DNA of 64,000 bases from Mobula hypostoma (taxonomy: Eukaryota), in NCBI RefSeq assembly GCF_963921235.1, contig NC_086097.1, positions 130,884,001 to 130,948,000 of the forward strand. Reading direction: 5' to 3'. Positions within the stretch are counted from its first letter, which is position 1, and every line of letters begins with the position of its first letter. The translations under genes and the position numbers were made by a program. This document shows, one piece after another, positions 27,501 to 41,199 of this stretch. The notes under the pieces were generated by a model, which was not told where the DNA came from, did no database searches, and saw only the letters and a list, made by a program, of their open reading frames with translations.

Positions 27501-28606
27501 AAGGCAGAGGTGGTGGTGTGGCTTTATTGGTGTAAAAAAAAATTAAATTAAATCATTAGAAAGAGGTGACATACGGACAGAAGGTGTTGAATCAATGTGG
27601 ATAGGTCTAAGGAACTGCAAGGGAGTTGCATACAGACCCCCCCCCCCAAAACAGTAGTAAGGATGTGGTCAAGAAGTTACAATAGGAGATAGAAAATGTA
27701 AGCCAAAAGGGCAATGTTATAACGGTCATGGGGTAAGTTGGGTAAATCTGGTTGGCGATGGGTTCCAACAGGTAGAGTTTCTAGAATGCCTACAAGATGT
27801 TTTTTTTTAAGAGCAGCTCCATGGTTGAGCCCACTAAGGGATCAGCTATGCTGCACTGGGTGTTGTGCAATGAACCAGAATTGATGACAGCTGAAGGAAA
27901 AGGATCCACTCTTCAAGAAGGGAGGGAAGCAGAAGAAAGGAAATTATAATAGGTCAGTTAGTTTAACCTCAGCGGTTGGGAAGATGTTGGAGTTAATTGT
28001 TAAGGATGAGCTGTTAGGGTACTTGGAAGCACATAATAAAATCGGCCAAAGTCAGCATGGTTCCCTTAAGGAAAGTCTTGCCTGTGAAATCTGCTGGAAT
28101 TCTTTAAGAAAAGATTTTCAAAAGGCCTTTGACAAGGTGCCACACGAGGCTGGTTAGCAATGTAAGAGCACATGGCATTACAGGAAGGATACGAACATTG
28201 ATAGAGCATTGGCTGATTGGCAGGACGCAAAGAGTGAGAAGAAAAGGAACCTTTTCTGAATTGGCTGCCAGTGTCTTGTAGTGTTTCACAGGGGTTAGTG
28301 TGGGGACCACTTTTTTTTTTTTTACATTGATTTGAATGACAGGATTGATGGTTATTGATGAAGATAGGTGGAAGAGCCGGTAGTGTTGAGAAGGCAGGGA
28401 CATTGCAGAAGGACTTGGACAAATTAGGAGAAAGGACAAAGAAGTGGCAAATGGAATAGAGTGTCGGGGAGTGTTCAGTCATGCACTTTGGTAGAAGGAA
28501 TAAAAGCACAGACTTTCTAAGTGGAGAAGATTCAAAAATCTGAGGGTTGAGTTGCTGGTGAGAAAAGCAAATGCAATGTTAGCATTCAAGCTGTTGCAAG
28601 TCTTGC

Positions 28607-28867
28607 AGGGCAGCATAGTGATTAGCCCAATGCTTTACAGTACCAGCAACTTGGGTTCAATTCCTGCCACTGCTTATAAGGAATTGGTATGTTCTCCCCA
28701 TGACCACATGGATTTTCTCCAGGTGCTCTGGTTTCCTCCCACAATCCAAGACGAACTGATTGGTAGGTTAATTGGTCATTGTAAATTATTGCATGATTAG
28801 GCTAGGATTAAATTGGGTGATTGTTGGCCTGCGTGGTTCGAACCTTACCTCAATAGAAAAATAAATA
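28607..28867 (+). mobile_element. tRNA-derived V-SINE/HE1-like SINE
   Basis: B-box-like gggttcaattcc, V-domain-like core gttctccccatgaccacatggattttctccaggtgctctggtttcctcccaca, and an A-rich tail. Confidence 0.7.
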
Positions 28868-31123
28868 GAACCCTTAGTGGTAAGTGATCATAATATGATC
28901 AAATTCACTCTGAAATTGGAGAAGAAAAATCTTAAATCAGTTGTATCAGTATTACAGTGGATTAAAGGAAATCACAGAGGCTTGAGAGAGGGGTTGGCCA
29001 GAATTGATTGGAAAAGAACACTGGCAGGAATGACGGCAAAGCAGCAATGGCTGGAATTTCTGGAAGCAATTTAGAAGGCACAGGATATACACGGTACATC
29101 CCAGAGAGGAAGTATTCTAAAGGAAAAATGATACAATCATAGCTAACAAGGGAAGTCAAAGCCAACATAAAAGCCAAAGAGAGGGCATAGAATAGAGTAA
29201 AACTTAGTGGGAAGTTAGGGGATTCGGAAGCTTTTAAATACAAACAGAAGGCAACCAACAACATCATTAATGTAAAGATGGAATACAAAAGTAAGCTGGC
29301 CAATAATATTAAAGAAGATACCAAAAGTTTCTTCAGTTACATAAAGAGCAAAAGAGAGTCAAGAATGGATATAGGACTGCTGGAAAACAATGCTGCAGAG
29401 GAGGTAATTAGGGACAAGGAAATAGCGGATGAACTGAATAAGTATTTTGCATCAGTACTCACCGTGGAAGACACTAGCAGTATGGTGGAATTTCTAGGTG
29501 TCAGGGGTCATGAAGTGTAAAGTTACAATAACTAGAGAGGAGGTTCCTGGGGAAACAAAGTCTGAAGGTAGATAGGTCACCTTGACTAGATTATGTATAC
29601 TCCAGGGGTCTGAAAGAGGTGGGTCAAGAGATTGTGAAGGCATCAGTAAATATCTTTCAAGAATCAGTAGATTTTGGAATGGTTCCAGAAGACTGGAAAA
29701 TTGCAAATGTCATTCCACTCTTCAAGAAGAGAGAGGCAGAAGAAAGGAATTTATTGGCTAGTTAGTCTGACCTCACTGGTGTGGAAGATGTTAAAGAGTC
29801 GACTGTTAAGGATGTGGTTTCGGGGTACTTGCAGGAACATGACAAAATAGACCATAGTCAGCATGGTTTCCTCAAGGGAAAATCTTGCCTGACAAATCTG
29901 CTATAAACCTTTGAAAAAATATCAAGCAGGATAGACAAAGGAAAATCTGTTGATGTTGTGTACTTGGATTTACAGAAGGCCTCTGACAAGGTACCACATG
30001 ATGCTGCTTAACAAGCGACAAGCCCATATTATTACAGGAAAGATTCTAACAATGATAAAGCAGTCGCTGAATGGCAGGATGCAAAGTGTGGGAATAAAAG
30101 GAACCATCTCTGGTCGGCTGCCAGTGACTAGTGGTGTTCCACAAGGGTCTGTATTGGGACTGATTATTCTTATGCTATTTATCAATGACTTAGATGATGG
30201 AATTGTTGTCTTTGTTGCAAAGTTTGCAGACGATACGAAGCTAGGTGGAGGGGCAGGTAGTTTTACGGAAATAGGGAGGCTACAGAAGGACAGACAGATT
30301 AGGATAACGGGCAAAGTGACAGATGAAATACAGTGACATGAAATGTTTGGTCATGTAATTTGGTAGAAGAAATGAAAGGGTTGACTATTTTCTAAATAGA
30401 GAGAAAGTACAAAACTCTGAGGTGCAAAGGGATTTGAGAGTCCTTGTGCAGGATTCCCTAAAGGTTAACTTACAGGTTCAGTCTGTGGTGAGGAAGGCAA
30501 ATGCAATGTTAGCATTCATTTCAAGAGGACTAGAATATAAAAGCAAGGATGTAATGTTGAGACTTTAAAAAGTACTGGTGCGGCCTCACTTGGGAGCATT
30601 TTGTCCAGTTTTGGGCCTCTTATGGATGTGCTGAAACTGGAGAGGGTTCAAAGGTTCACGAAAATGAATCCAGAATTACACAGCTTGTCATATGAAGAGC
30701 ATATGATGACCTTGGGCCTGTACTCACTAGAATTTAGAAGAATGATGGATGACCTAGTTGAAACCTATTGAATGGTGAAAGGCCTTGATAGAGTGGATGT
30801 GGAGAGGATGTTTCCTATGGTGTGACTGTCGAAGACCAGAGAACACAGCCTTAGAATAGAGGGGTGTCCTTTTAGAACAGAGATGAGGAGGAATTTCTTC
30901 AGCCAGAGAGTGGTGAATCTGTGGAATTCTTTAACATAGGCAGCTGTAGAGGCCATGTCTTTATGTATATTTAAGGCCAAGGCTGATAGATTATTGATTG
31001 GTCAGGGCATGAAGAGATATGGGGGAAGGGGGCAGACAGGAGATTGGGGTTGAGAGGAATGGATCAGTCATTGTGAAATGGCTGAACAGACTTGATGGGC
31101 CAGACAACCTAATTCTGCTCCTA

Positions 31124-32743
31124 CAGTGGCATGCAAAGGTTTAGGCACCCCGGTCAAAATTTCTGTTACTGTGAATAGTTGAGTAAAAGACAAACTGATT
31201 TCCAAAAGTCATAAAGTTAAAGATGAAAGATTCTTTTCAACATTTTAAGCAAGATTAGTGTATTATTTTTGTCTTGTACAATTTTAGAGTGAAAAAAAGG
31301 AAAGGAGCACCATGCAAAAGTTAGGGCACCCCAAGAGATTTGAGCTCTCAGGTAACTTTTACCAAGGTCTCAGACCTCAATTAGCTTGTTAGGGCTATGG
31401 CTTGTTCACAGTCATCATTAGGAAAGGCCAGGTGATGCAAATTTCAAAGCTTTATAAATACCCTGACTCCCCAAACCTTGTCCCAACAATCAGCAGCCAC
31501 AGGGTCTTTAAGCAGCTGCCTAGCACTCTGAAAATTAAAATAAGTTATGGCCACAAAGCAGGAGAAGGCTATAAGAAGATAGCAAAGCATTTTCAGGCAG
31601 CCGTTTCCTTAGTTCTTAATGTAATTAAGAAATGGCAGTTAACAGGAACAGTGGAGGTCAAGTTGAGGTCTGGAAGACCAAGAAAACTTCCCTAGAGAAA
31701 TGCTTGTAGGATTGCTGAAAAGGCAAATCAAAACCCCCGTTTGACTGCAAAAGACCTTCAGGAAGATTTAGCAGACCCTGGAGTGGTGGTGCACTGTTCT
31801 ACTACTGTGCAGTGACACCTGCACAAATATGACCTTCATGGAAGAGTCATCAGAAGAAAACCTTTGCTGTGTCCTCACCACAAAATTCAGCGTCAGAAGT
31901 TTGTAAAGGAACATATAAACAAGCCTGATGCATTTTGGAAACAAATGCTGTGGACTAATGAAGGTAAAATAGAACCTTTAGGCTGCAATGAGCAAAGGTA
32001 TGTTTGGAGAAAAAAGGGTACAGAATTTCATGAAAAGAACACCTCTCGAACCGTTAATCACGGGGTTGGATCAATCATGCACTGGGTTTGAGTTGCAGCC
32101 AGTAGCACAGGGAACATCTCATTGTTAGAGGGAAGAATGAATTCAATTAAATACCAGCAAATTATGGAAGCAAACATCACACCATCTATAAAAAAGCTGA
32201 AGATGAAAAGAGGATGGCTTCTACAACAGGATAATGATCCGAAACACACCTCAAAATCCACAATGGACTACCTCAAGAGGCGCAAGCTGAAGGTTTTGCC
32301 ATGGTCCTCACAGTCCCCTGACCTGAACATCATCGAAAATCTGTGGATAGACCTCAAAAGAGCAGTGCATGCAAGACGGCCCAAGAACCTCACAGAACTA
32401 AAAGCCTTTTGCAAGGAAGAATGGGCGAAAATCCCCCAAACAAGAATTGAAAGACTCTTAGTTGGCTACAAAAAGCATTTACAAGCTGTGATACTTGCCA
32501 AAGGGGGTGTTACTAAGTACTGACCATGCAGGGTGCCCAAACTTTTGTTTCGGGCCCTTTTCCTTTTTTGTTATTTTGAAACTGTAAAAGATGGAAATAA
32601 AATAGTAATCCTGCTTAAAATATTAAAGAAATGTGTCATCTTTAACTTTATGCCTTTTGCATATCAGGTCATCTTTTACTCACTTAGCTATTCACAATAA
32701 CAGAAATTTTGACCAGGGGTGCCCAAACTTTTGCATGCCACTG
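31124..32743 (+). mobile_element. Full-length Tc1-family (IR/DR type) DNA transposon, 1620 bp
   Basis: TA at 31122-31123 and 32744-32745. Termini CAGTGGCATGCAAA...TTTGCATGCCACTG. ~210-bp inverted repeats with inner direct repeats (catgcaaaagttagggcacccc ~31311; gggtgcccaaacttttg ~32531). Confidence 0.95.
31499..32523 (+). pseudogene. Tc1 DD34E transposase, inactivated
   Basis: GEGYKKIAK, RSGRPRK, WTNE (first D mutated to N), QQDNDPKH + 34 aa + E (SPDLNIIENLW). In-frame stops at ~31693, ~31813 and ~32089. Confidence 0.92.
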
Positions 32744-35359
32744 TATATCTTATGGTCTTACTCTAACTGCTACATTACTGCGCCATACTGGTGCTGTGAG
32801 ACATTTAAATGGTTGTAACCATTAGTAGTAGCTATAACCATTGAAGTTCCTCACAGCATCTTCAGACCTGGGATCAATCTTTATCGTCCCTATGACCATG
32901 AGACTCTCCTTCAGGTGGTTCAATTTCCTTCCTCATTCTGACTTATGCAGTTTGATAGGTTAATTGGCCTCTGAATTACCCCTTGTATGTGGTAGAATGT
33001 CTTCAGGGTTATTAAGAATGTGGGAGAATACAAAGAAAGGATTAATGTAGGGCTAGTGTAAATGAGTGGTAGATAGCCAGCACCAACATAGTAGGCCAAA
33101 GGTCCTGTTGCCATGTTATAATTTATAGACAGGCAGCTTGAGTTTGTGAATCCAAACTGGAGAACAATTTTTGCTAACACATTTACTCTACTAGTTTGCT
33201 GCGTGAAATTGGGAATTGTAATGTACCTCTTACATCATCGGTTCAAGTTAAACGAAAAGGCATAATATTTATGTTGTGAAATTCAGCTGAGGTCAGTACA
33301 GGAAATCAAGTCTTGCTGCTCGAGTTTTTAAGCAGATTTTGAATAAGGCTGTCGGGTCTTGGTGACAAATAATAAAATCTATTCAGTTGAAATGAGAAGA
33401 GGGAAGAAATTTCTGTACAATTATGTAAATGATTGTAATGGCAATGACAATAACACTGAGGCTTTCAGCATTCATAGTTACAATGAAAGAAATCTGACAA
33501 CTGATGACGCAAACAAATGCATAGCCAGATGTAGAAATTTAGAAGTTGCTGCTCCTTTTTGGCTGTAGTGGTCTTCACCAAGCAATTCAAGAATCAGCGA
33601 ACTGATGACAACCTCATTGATTTGCAAACTATTCTTGCTGTTGAAGATAACAAAAATTGCCATGCCTTGTTGTATGATTAAATTGAGCTTTTAGCAGTGA
33701 ACTAAACAATAACTACTGATAAACAATCTGTTCAGTTTCAGGTTTGACTAATATTATTTACTGTATTTACTTGGTCCTAAAATATTGATGAAAGGTTAGA
33801 ACTCTACTTCCTGGTTTAACTACCTGCGAGAATTCTTTGAACTGTCTGGTAGTTCAGACTATAAACATCAGAAATCCCAAGAGAAGGTGAAGCCGATATT
33901 ATAAATATTTCTAGTACCTTGTGGATAGCTGTCTTCCAGGCAGGCAACAAACAATATTATCTTGCAACTTACTTGAAAAATCCAGGTCAGTATTTCCATT
34001 AAAATTGCAGCTTGTCAAGGCAGCAAATCATGCTTCAGAAATGCAAATTATCAAATCCAACTAAATATTTTGGCAATCTAATGGTCATAGACCAGCTAAG
34101 ATTTAATACATGAGGACCAGAGACAGTAGCATCATTAACAAAGCAACACAAGTCCCATTTTACAATGTCGGGGACTCACAATTTGTTTCATGAAAGGAGG
34201 GGTGCAGCAGAATGAACTTGGATTAAATAAACAATATTTAGCCTGGTGGAACATTTATAGACACAAAAAATAATTAGCTAAGTGTTACAATTCGGGGCAC
34301 ATCACGCTTTTTCCTTTTATCAGTAATACGAAGGTATGGTTCTCTCAAATCTTGTTAAATAATTATGAAAGCCAGTGCATGAAGAAGGCAAAAATCACCA
34401 CTGATGCTCATTAAATTGTCTTTATTCATAACATGGCGTTTCATGACATAAAATGAACGCTAGGTCAATAAAAATAATTAAATGTAAATGCCACTGTATG
34501 GATTTTTTTTATATAAATCAGCACATAACCAATCATTGCAATTACAATGATCTCAGAAACAAGTAATACATTCACCTGATCACAGAAGCTTAAGACAGTG
34601 TCCAAGACTGGGCAAGGTGCCAGAAAATGCGCATCAGAAGTGACTGCGAAACCACAAGAAATCTAACCTGGGTTTTATAGTCCTCACAGCACAGCAATCT
34701 TAAATGACTTGTTGAAATTTTAATTCTCTGATCTCATTAAGTGGCCTGGGATGATAACAAAACCTGAGAGGTATCATCTCCTCTTAAGTAAACCTCTGAA
34801 ACTTTACAGGCTGATTTACTGCAGCCATCACAAAATATAAAGTTACAATATCCAATATATGATGGCACTGATAACTTAATGACATTGTCATATTGATGCA
34901 AATTTAGATGACTGACAACTACATGCACTGAATACTGCTATTCTGTCGAGTTACATCATGCAGGAAGCAGCTCTAATTTAATCCCAAGAACACAGTCTCC
35001 AAGATGTACCAGTGTCAGAGTTTGAGCAACTTCTAACACTACACAGGTAGATTTGTACTCTGGACTCGCCATTCAAAAAGAAAGTTAATCTTCCATCCAC
35101 AATTAAATATTAACTGCAAATGCGCAGGTAGAAATCAGCAATGCAAAATGTACTTGGGTGGTTTTTAATGCAGTAATGAAGCTGTAACTTTTAGTGTCCA
35201 GGTATCTGTGCTTTACATTAATGTCATTTTGACATTAGCCCAGTAGGTGGCATTCCATATACATAAATAGTTTTGGTAAAATGCCATTTATAAGATAAAG
35301 TTTTCTGATATATAAAAAAACATTACTTTTTATTCAAACATTTAGACATTTATTCCACT

Positions 35360-35790
35360 CAATTCAGTCCTTACCCCACCTACATCCATGACACTTCACA
35401 TGCTCTCAATCTGAACAACTTTCAATTCCCCCAACACTTCGTCTCATTTTCACCATGCACATCCAGCCTGTATACAATTCTATCAGAAAATTAAGGAGAC
35501 CTTACAGCTCTCTGCTTTTTTTTCTTGGCTCTCCACTACTACCATCCTCCACCTGGCAAAACTAGTCCTCTATTAATTCTCCTTCAGCTCTTCCCACTTT
35601 CTCCAAACTCAAAGCGTAGTCATGGGCATCCGCATGGGCCCCAGCTATGCCTGCCTTTTCTTTGGCTACATTGGCTCAAAGCCTTCCCTGGTAATGGTCT
35701 CCAACTCTTCCTCTGCTATACTGACAACAGCATTGGTGCTGCTTCATGCACCCATGCTGAGCTCGTCAATTTCATCAACTTTGCCTCCAA
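35360..35790 (+). mobile_element. Penelope-like element RT fragment
   Basis: MGIRMGPSYACLFFG (PLE MG..MGP.YA.LF motif) and a degenerate LFLCYTDNSIG (RYIDD) motif. Confidence 0.7.
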
Positions 35791-36917
35791 CATCCATTGG
35801 ATTAAGGTCTGGACTCTGACTTGGCCATTCCAAAACACAAATTTTCTTCTTTTTAAACCATTCTGTTGTTGATTTACTCATGTTTCAGATCGTTGTCCTG
35901 TTGCATCATCAAACTTCTATTAGGATTCAGGTGATGGACCACTACCCTGACATTCTCCTGTATAATGCCTTGCCCCAAACCATGATGCTCCTTCCACCAT
36001 ACTTCACAGTTGGGATGATATTTTGATGTTGGTGTGCAGTGCCCTTTTTCCTCCAAACAAAGCAATGTGCATTTCTGCCAAAAAGATCAACTTTCATCTC
36101 ATCAGTCCACAGAATATTGTGGAACATCTCAGTGGTCTTTTGCAAACTTGAGACATGGAGCAATTTATTTTTGGAGAGTAGTGGTTCCCTCTGTGGTGTC
36201 CTTCCATGAACACCATTCCTGTTCAGTGTTTTTTCTTATAGTGGACATATGAACAGAGACTTCAGCAAGTTCCAGGATTTTCTGCAGGTCTTTTGCTGTT
36301 ATCCCTAGGTTCTTTATCACCTCCTTCAGCATTGCACATTGTGTTCTTGGTGTGACTTTTGCAGGATATCCACTCCTAGGGGGAGTAGCAACAGTGCTGA
36401 ATTTCCTCCATTTCTAGACAATTTCTCTTACTGTGGACTGATGAACACTCAGGCCTTCAGAAATGCTTTTTTGTAGACTTTTCCAGCTTCATGTATCCCA
36501 ACAATTATTCTTCAAAGGTCCTCTGAATGTTGTTTTGATCACGGCATGGTGCACATAAACAGATTTTTCTTGAGAACAGCAGGCTCTGAAAGTAACCTGA
36601 CTTTGTGTGTTCTTTTTATAGGGCAGGGCACCTCAACAACCCACATCTCCAATCTCATCTCATTGACTGGAACACCTGACTCCAAATAGCTTTTGTAGAA
36701 TGTATTACCCCAGAGGTACACACACTTTTTGAACCTAGACTATGATTGTTTAAATGGTGTACTTGGTATTGAAGGGAAGTAGTACAATTGTTTGTGTGTT
36801 ATTAGATTGTGTTTGTCTGTTATTGTGACTTAGATGAAGATCAGACCACAGTTTACGAGTACTTAATGCAGAAAACCAAGTAATTGCAAGGGGTTCACAA
36901 ACTTTTTCTTGCAACTG
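35791..36917 (-). mobile_element. 3'-truncated second Tc1-family transposon, inserted in the PLE
   Basis: Minus-strand terminus TA|CAGTTGCAAGAAAAAGTTTGTGAACCCC at 36917. Transposase remnants ILWTDEMKVDLFG, PTVKYGGRSIMVWG and MQQDNDLKH. Confidence 0.85.
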
Positions 36918-36919
36918 TA

Positions 36920-37455
36920 AATTGGGGACCGCTTTGTGAAGCACCTCTGCTCCACCTGACAAAAGCTGAATTTCTCGATGACCAACCATTTTAATTCCTC
37001 TTCCCATTCTGACATACCAGTCCCACAGCCTCTTCTGCCAGGATGGTAGCCTCCAACATGATGGCAGGAACATCAATTTCTCCTCGCAGTCATTTTTTCC
37101 CTCTTTTTCTTTACCCATTCCCCCTACCCTCTTCTATTCCCTGCTCAAATCTCTTACCTTTTCTCTTTGCCTACCTATCACCTCCCCCAGTGCCCCTCCT
37201 TCACTTTTTCCCATGGTCCACTCTCCTTTCCTATCAGATTCCTTCTTCTCCAGCCCTTTACCTTTCCCTTTCACCTCCCCTCACCTTTTAATTCTGGGGT
37301 CTTCCCCCTTCCCCTCCAGTCCTGATGAAGGGTCTTAGCCCAAAACGTTGACAGTTTATTCATTTTCATAAATGCTGCCTGATCTGCTGAGTTGCTCCAG
37401 CATTTTTTCTGTGTGCTGCTCTGAATTTCTAGCATCTGCAGAACTTCTTGTATTT
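36920..37455 (+). mobile_element. PLE GIY-YIG C-terminal remnant and 3' terminus
   Basis: ttggggaccgctttgtgaagcacctc (LGDRF.EHL-like), ggtagcctccaacatgatggc, pyrimidine tract, agtcctgatgaagggtcttagcccaaaacgttgac, gcatctgcagaac terminus. Confidence 0.75.
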
Positions 37456-40400
37456 AGACAACTGGGGAAGGTGAATTGAGGTTGAAACATTTCTTCAAGA
37501 AATTTAGCCAAGCTATATAAACTGTACAATCTTAGATTTCAAGTTGGATAGTTTTGAAAGATTTTAATTTAGTGTAGTGAATAAGTGACATTCATATGCT
37601 CTACCTGTCCTTAACAGAGAGCCAAATTTAATTGGGAGTATTGCATAAAAAGGAATGCATCAATGCATCACCTTTGAATTTCATTTAAATGCTACCAGCT
37701 CCTGAAGAACAAATACAACTTATTTACTTTTGAACTATTCACATCCTCAGGAAATTTCACAATACTTCACAAACACACCCCAAGACATTGTGACATTAAT
37801 CAACATGAACATTATGAGGCAAGGAATAAACAATAGTTTAAACAATATTTTAAAAGGCCTACTTTTCAAAAGTCTCTCAATACCCAAGAGTACTACTATT
37901 TAGTTTTCAATATTAAAGTTGCAGCACAAGCAAAAATTACTTCTGAGTCATTGAATTGAAAATAAAAACATGTTTAACAATTGTAAATTAACAAGAGTTA
38001 ATCCTTCCAGAGTCTAAATGTTGGTTGCTTATGAAAAGTTTTTATTAACTTAATACATTTCTGACAAGCTAATTTGTCAGTCTCACTCTTCCAATTTTGC
38101 ATTAATTAAATATACTATATTGAAATTGAAATGGAATTAATATGCAGCACAAAGCCCAAGGTTTCTCTAAGTATGAAGGCTTGAGACAACACCCGAATCC
38201 TTCAAGTAAAATACCATTTAAGGTATAACTATAATTTTATATGCACATTTGTGACATCATATAAATTTTGTTCAAGTCCAAATAAACTTAAAAATTACAA
38301 CAGCATCATGTTAACATGTAATCATTTTACATTTAAATTTCTACAATTTGGATCATGTTTCTTAATAGTTTATTATAAAAACATCTTTTTGCCAATAATG
38401 CCATATAACTAAAATTTACTAAATGCTCACATTTCCATTTCTTAAGTGACCCCAATTCAATCGAAACTAAATGCAAACCTATTAACTTTTTAATCTTAAT
38501 TTAGAAACCATCAACCTTCAATGATGCTGCACTTCTAGATATATACGGCTCTATAATTTCAGCCAGCAATTAACATTGCTGATGCTTTCGAAGTAAGACC
38601 AAATTCAATTTTCAAAGGGTTGATTTTAAGTTTGAAATTTAATTAAGCTCCATTTTAGTTGAACTGCCACAGAAACTAGATTAATATTTTGCCACTTAGT
38701 TAAATTATGGCTACGTTCTCTATTTCTTCTGGCATAAAGCAGAAAGCATTTTCCAACAAAAATGTTTGAAATTGACCATTTTCTTGATTTATTATCATCC
38801 AAATTTAACTGTAATTGTTAATAACTTCTTTATGCACTGAAAAACCACATAAACCATAAAATAATGTATGTATTCATTACCAAAAAGATTGCCTGAAGTT
38901 GAAAAATAAGTGGTCAAGCAGTTTTCAGGAAAATCAACAATATTAAACCTGACCTTGTGACAAATATGCCATAATCTTTTTTTTTCTGTCCACTTATACA
39001 AATCTACCGCTTGCATAATTATCCAAAGGTATGAATACTCATTGGCTAACAATGCACAATTTATGGTATTTATGAAAAGCTATATTAACTGCATTCAAAT
39101 AACATCAGGTCACATATTAATGAACATGTTAATGGTTTACTTAAATGATGATTAAAAAGGCCTTCATCATTCTGCTATGTTATTTCTGCACATCACAGCA
39201 TATTAAAGTACTTGTAATTCAAAATAATATTCATGATTTCCAATTTACTGAATGTGGTCAAATTGTCAAAAGCTAAATATAAAACATTCTTCCATAGAGC
39301 TTCTGAACTGGAATGTATCTGTCTACATTTCAAAATTGTGGGAGGACATTCCATGAGTAACAACTAGCTGCTAAGGTGACTGTACAAGGATAGCAAAGAA
39401 TCTTAAGAAAATTCAAATATAGCAGAGCTCATTTAAAAAAACAGCAATGTGCAAAGAAATACACAAAGAATGTTTGTATTTTACAGACACTTAAAATTTA
39501 CTCTCTGCAGTTCTGAAATATATCAACTATACTTCAAATAATATAAAATTCCTGGAAATTTCTGCACAGTTTTAGCCTCAGAATATGCACTGCAAATATA
39601 GTATCATTACAAATAAGTTTGCATGCCTTGTTAATCAATCTGACTGTCATGAAAGATGTTTTCTTCTTTGTAGTGTTTCAGAGTGCACCAGGATTAGAGA
39701 ATAATGAAGAAATTGCAAGAGAGCAAAGTTAAATACTAAACAATCTAAATACCCGCAAAATTGCTGATGACCAATGCATTTATTGGGTGCTAAAATAACC
39801 ATTATATTAAATGTAAAGGTTTTAAAGATGCATACAAATGCACGCTACATTCAAATGAAGCAATAGGAATAAAAAAAGCTTTGCAAAGACACGGTGCTAA
39901 CATAAAATAGGAGGCCACAATTATATATTTTTACAGTAAAAATGGAGAGAAGTGACAGATAATAAATCTGTACTCTGAGAGGAGTCAATCACTGGAAGGT
40001 GATGAAGGCCAGCTCATAGACAAAATTAAGATGGAGATAGTTCAATATTTGAAAGGTTGAGGAATTGAGGTTTGTGGGTAATCTGACAGAGAGGAGGAGT
40101 TGAGGTCAGCATGGATCACAGATTCATACTAAGTGGTGGGACAGGCTTGAGCAGTTTGATCATCCACTCCTGTTCCCATTTTCTTGCGTTCATGATCAAT
40201 GCATCCCTATGAAAGTGAAACCAATGGGATATATATTATAACAGGCATGATATTGAATGATCAGCATCAGAAGAGATCAACAAATTATTTTGAGAAGAGC
40301 TCACAATGATTGAGTGGGTATTTCAAACTGGAACAAATCTTCATTTCTGATGTGATCTTTCAAGAGCAGAGCCATCCGCAGTACCACCAATGCGGCAGAG

Positions 40401-41199
40401 AGGGCCTCAAGATGGCTGTGGCTCAAAAGAGGGGAGCCATGGAGTCATAAGTAGCTAGCCAACTGGACACAAGCTGGGGTCTGATCAGCCCCGGCTGGGT
40501 CACCTGGAAGAGGCTGTATGATGTTGAAAGACTCGAAACACCCAATGATTCCAGGAACATCACTGAAGATGTGTCCAGAAGCATCAATAGATGTATGTAC
40601 ACAGCAGTGTTCGATATGGAAACACTAATCAGAGGTTCTGTAACAATGAGCACAGCAATTCATAAAAGACGCTACGTACTACCTTTCAGTGATCACTCAT
40701 GGGAAGCATTAGTATATCTGACAAGCCAAGTGAGTCTGGGGGTGGGGGGGGGGAGGCTAGTGTAGGAGATGGCATCCTTATGGAGAAGGAGTAACACACA
40801 CACACAATGTTTGAGGGACTCGGTAGGTTAGGCAGCATCTATGGAGAGGAATAAGCAGCTACCATTTCAGGCCAAGACCCTTCCTCAGAACAAATGGAGA
40901 AGGAATATGATCCAAACCAGCTGCTTAAAAATTTGAACTATGGAATGCAAAATATAGCAATGAATCTCCCTGGGCTGAGGCACTAGTTACCTGCATCCAC
41001 CTGAGCTAGATAGGAAGTAACACCATACTCTCGCAGTCCAGATCTGGGAGGCTGGCAATGGGGTAGAGACTGTGGTGAGACAGCTTCAGGCATTGTTGTT
41101 ATAAGGACAGGCCCCTGGACAGGGCAGATACCCTTTGACAGAAGAAAGAGTAGTGGGCAGAGCTTGCTCATTGTCAAAGCCAATGAGGCATTATACTAA

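Larger units (their letters stand above)
26255..32760 (+). mobile_element. Long degenerate CR1 (ORF1 + ORF2 + 3' UTR) with internal insertions (27905-28867 and Tc1 at 31124-32743)
   Basis: WLRNWCRGQGFRF..DGLHLN (ORF1), [10 protein letters not shown] and KFADDTK (RT). The 3' tail aattctgctcc[TA-Tc1-TA]tatcttatggtctta is split by the Tc1. Confidence 0.88.

Noticed and set aside
28607..28680. tRNA-like sequence with B box
   Set aside because: Head of a tRNA-derived SINE with no complete cloverleaf; not a tRNA gene.
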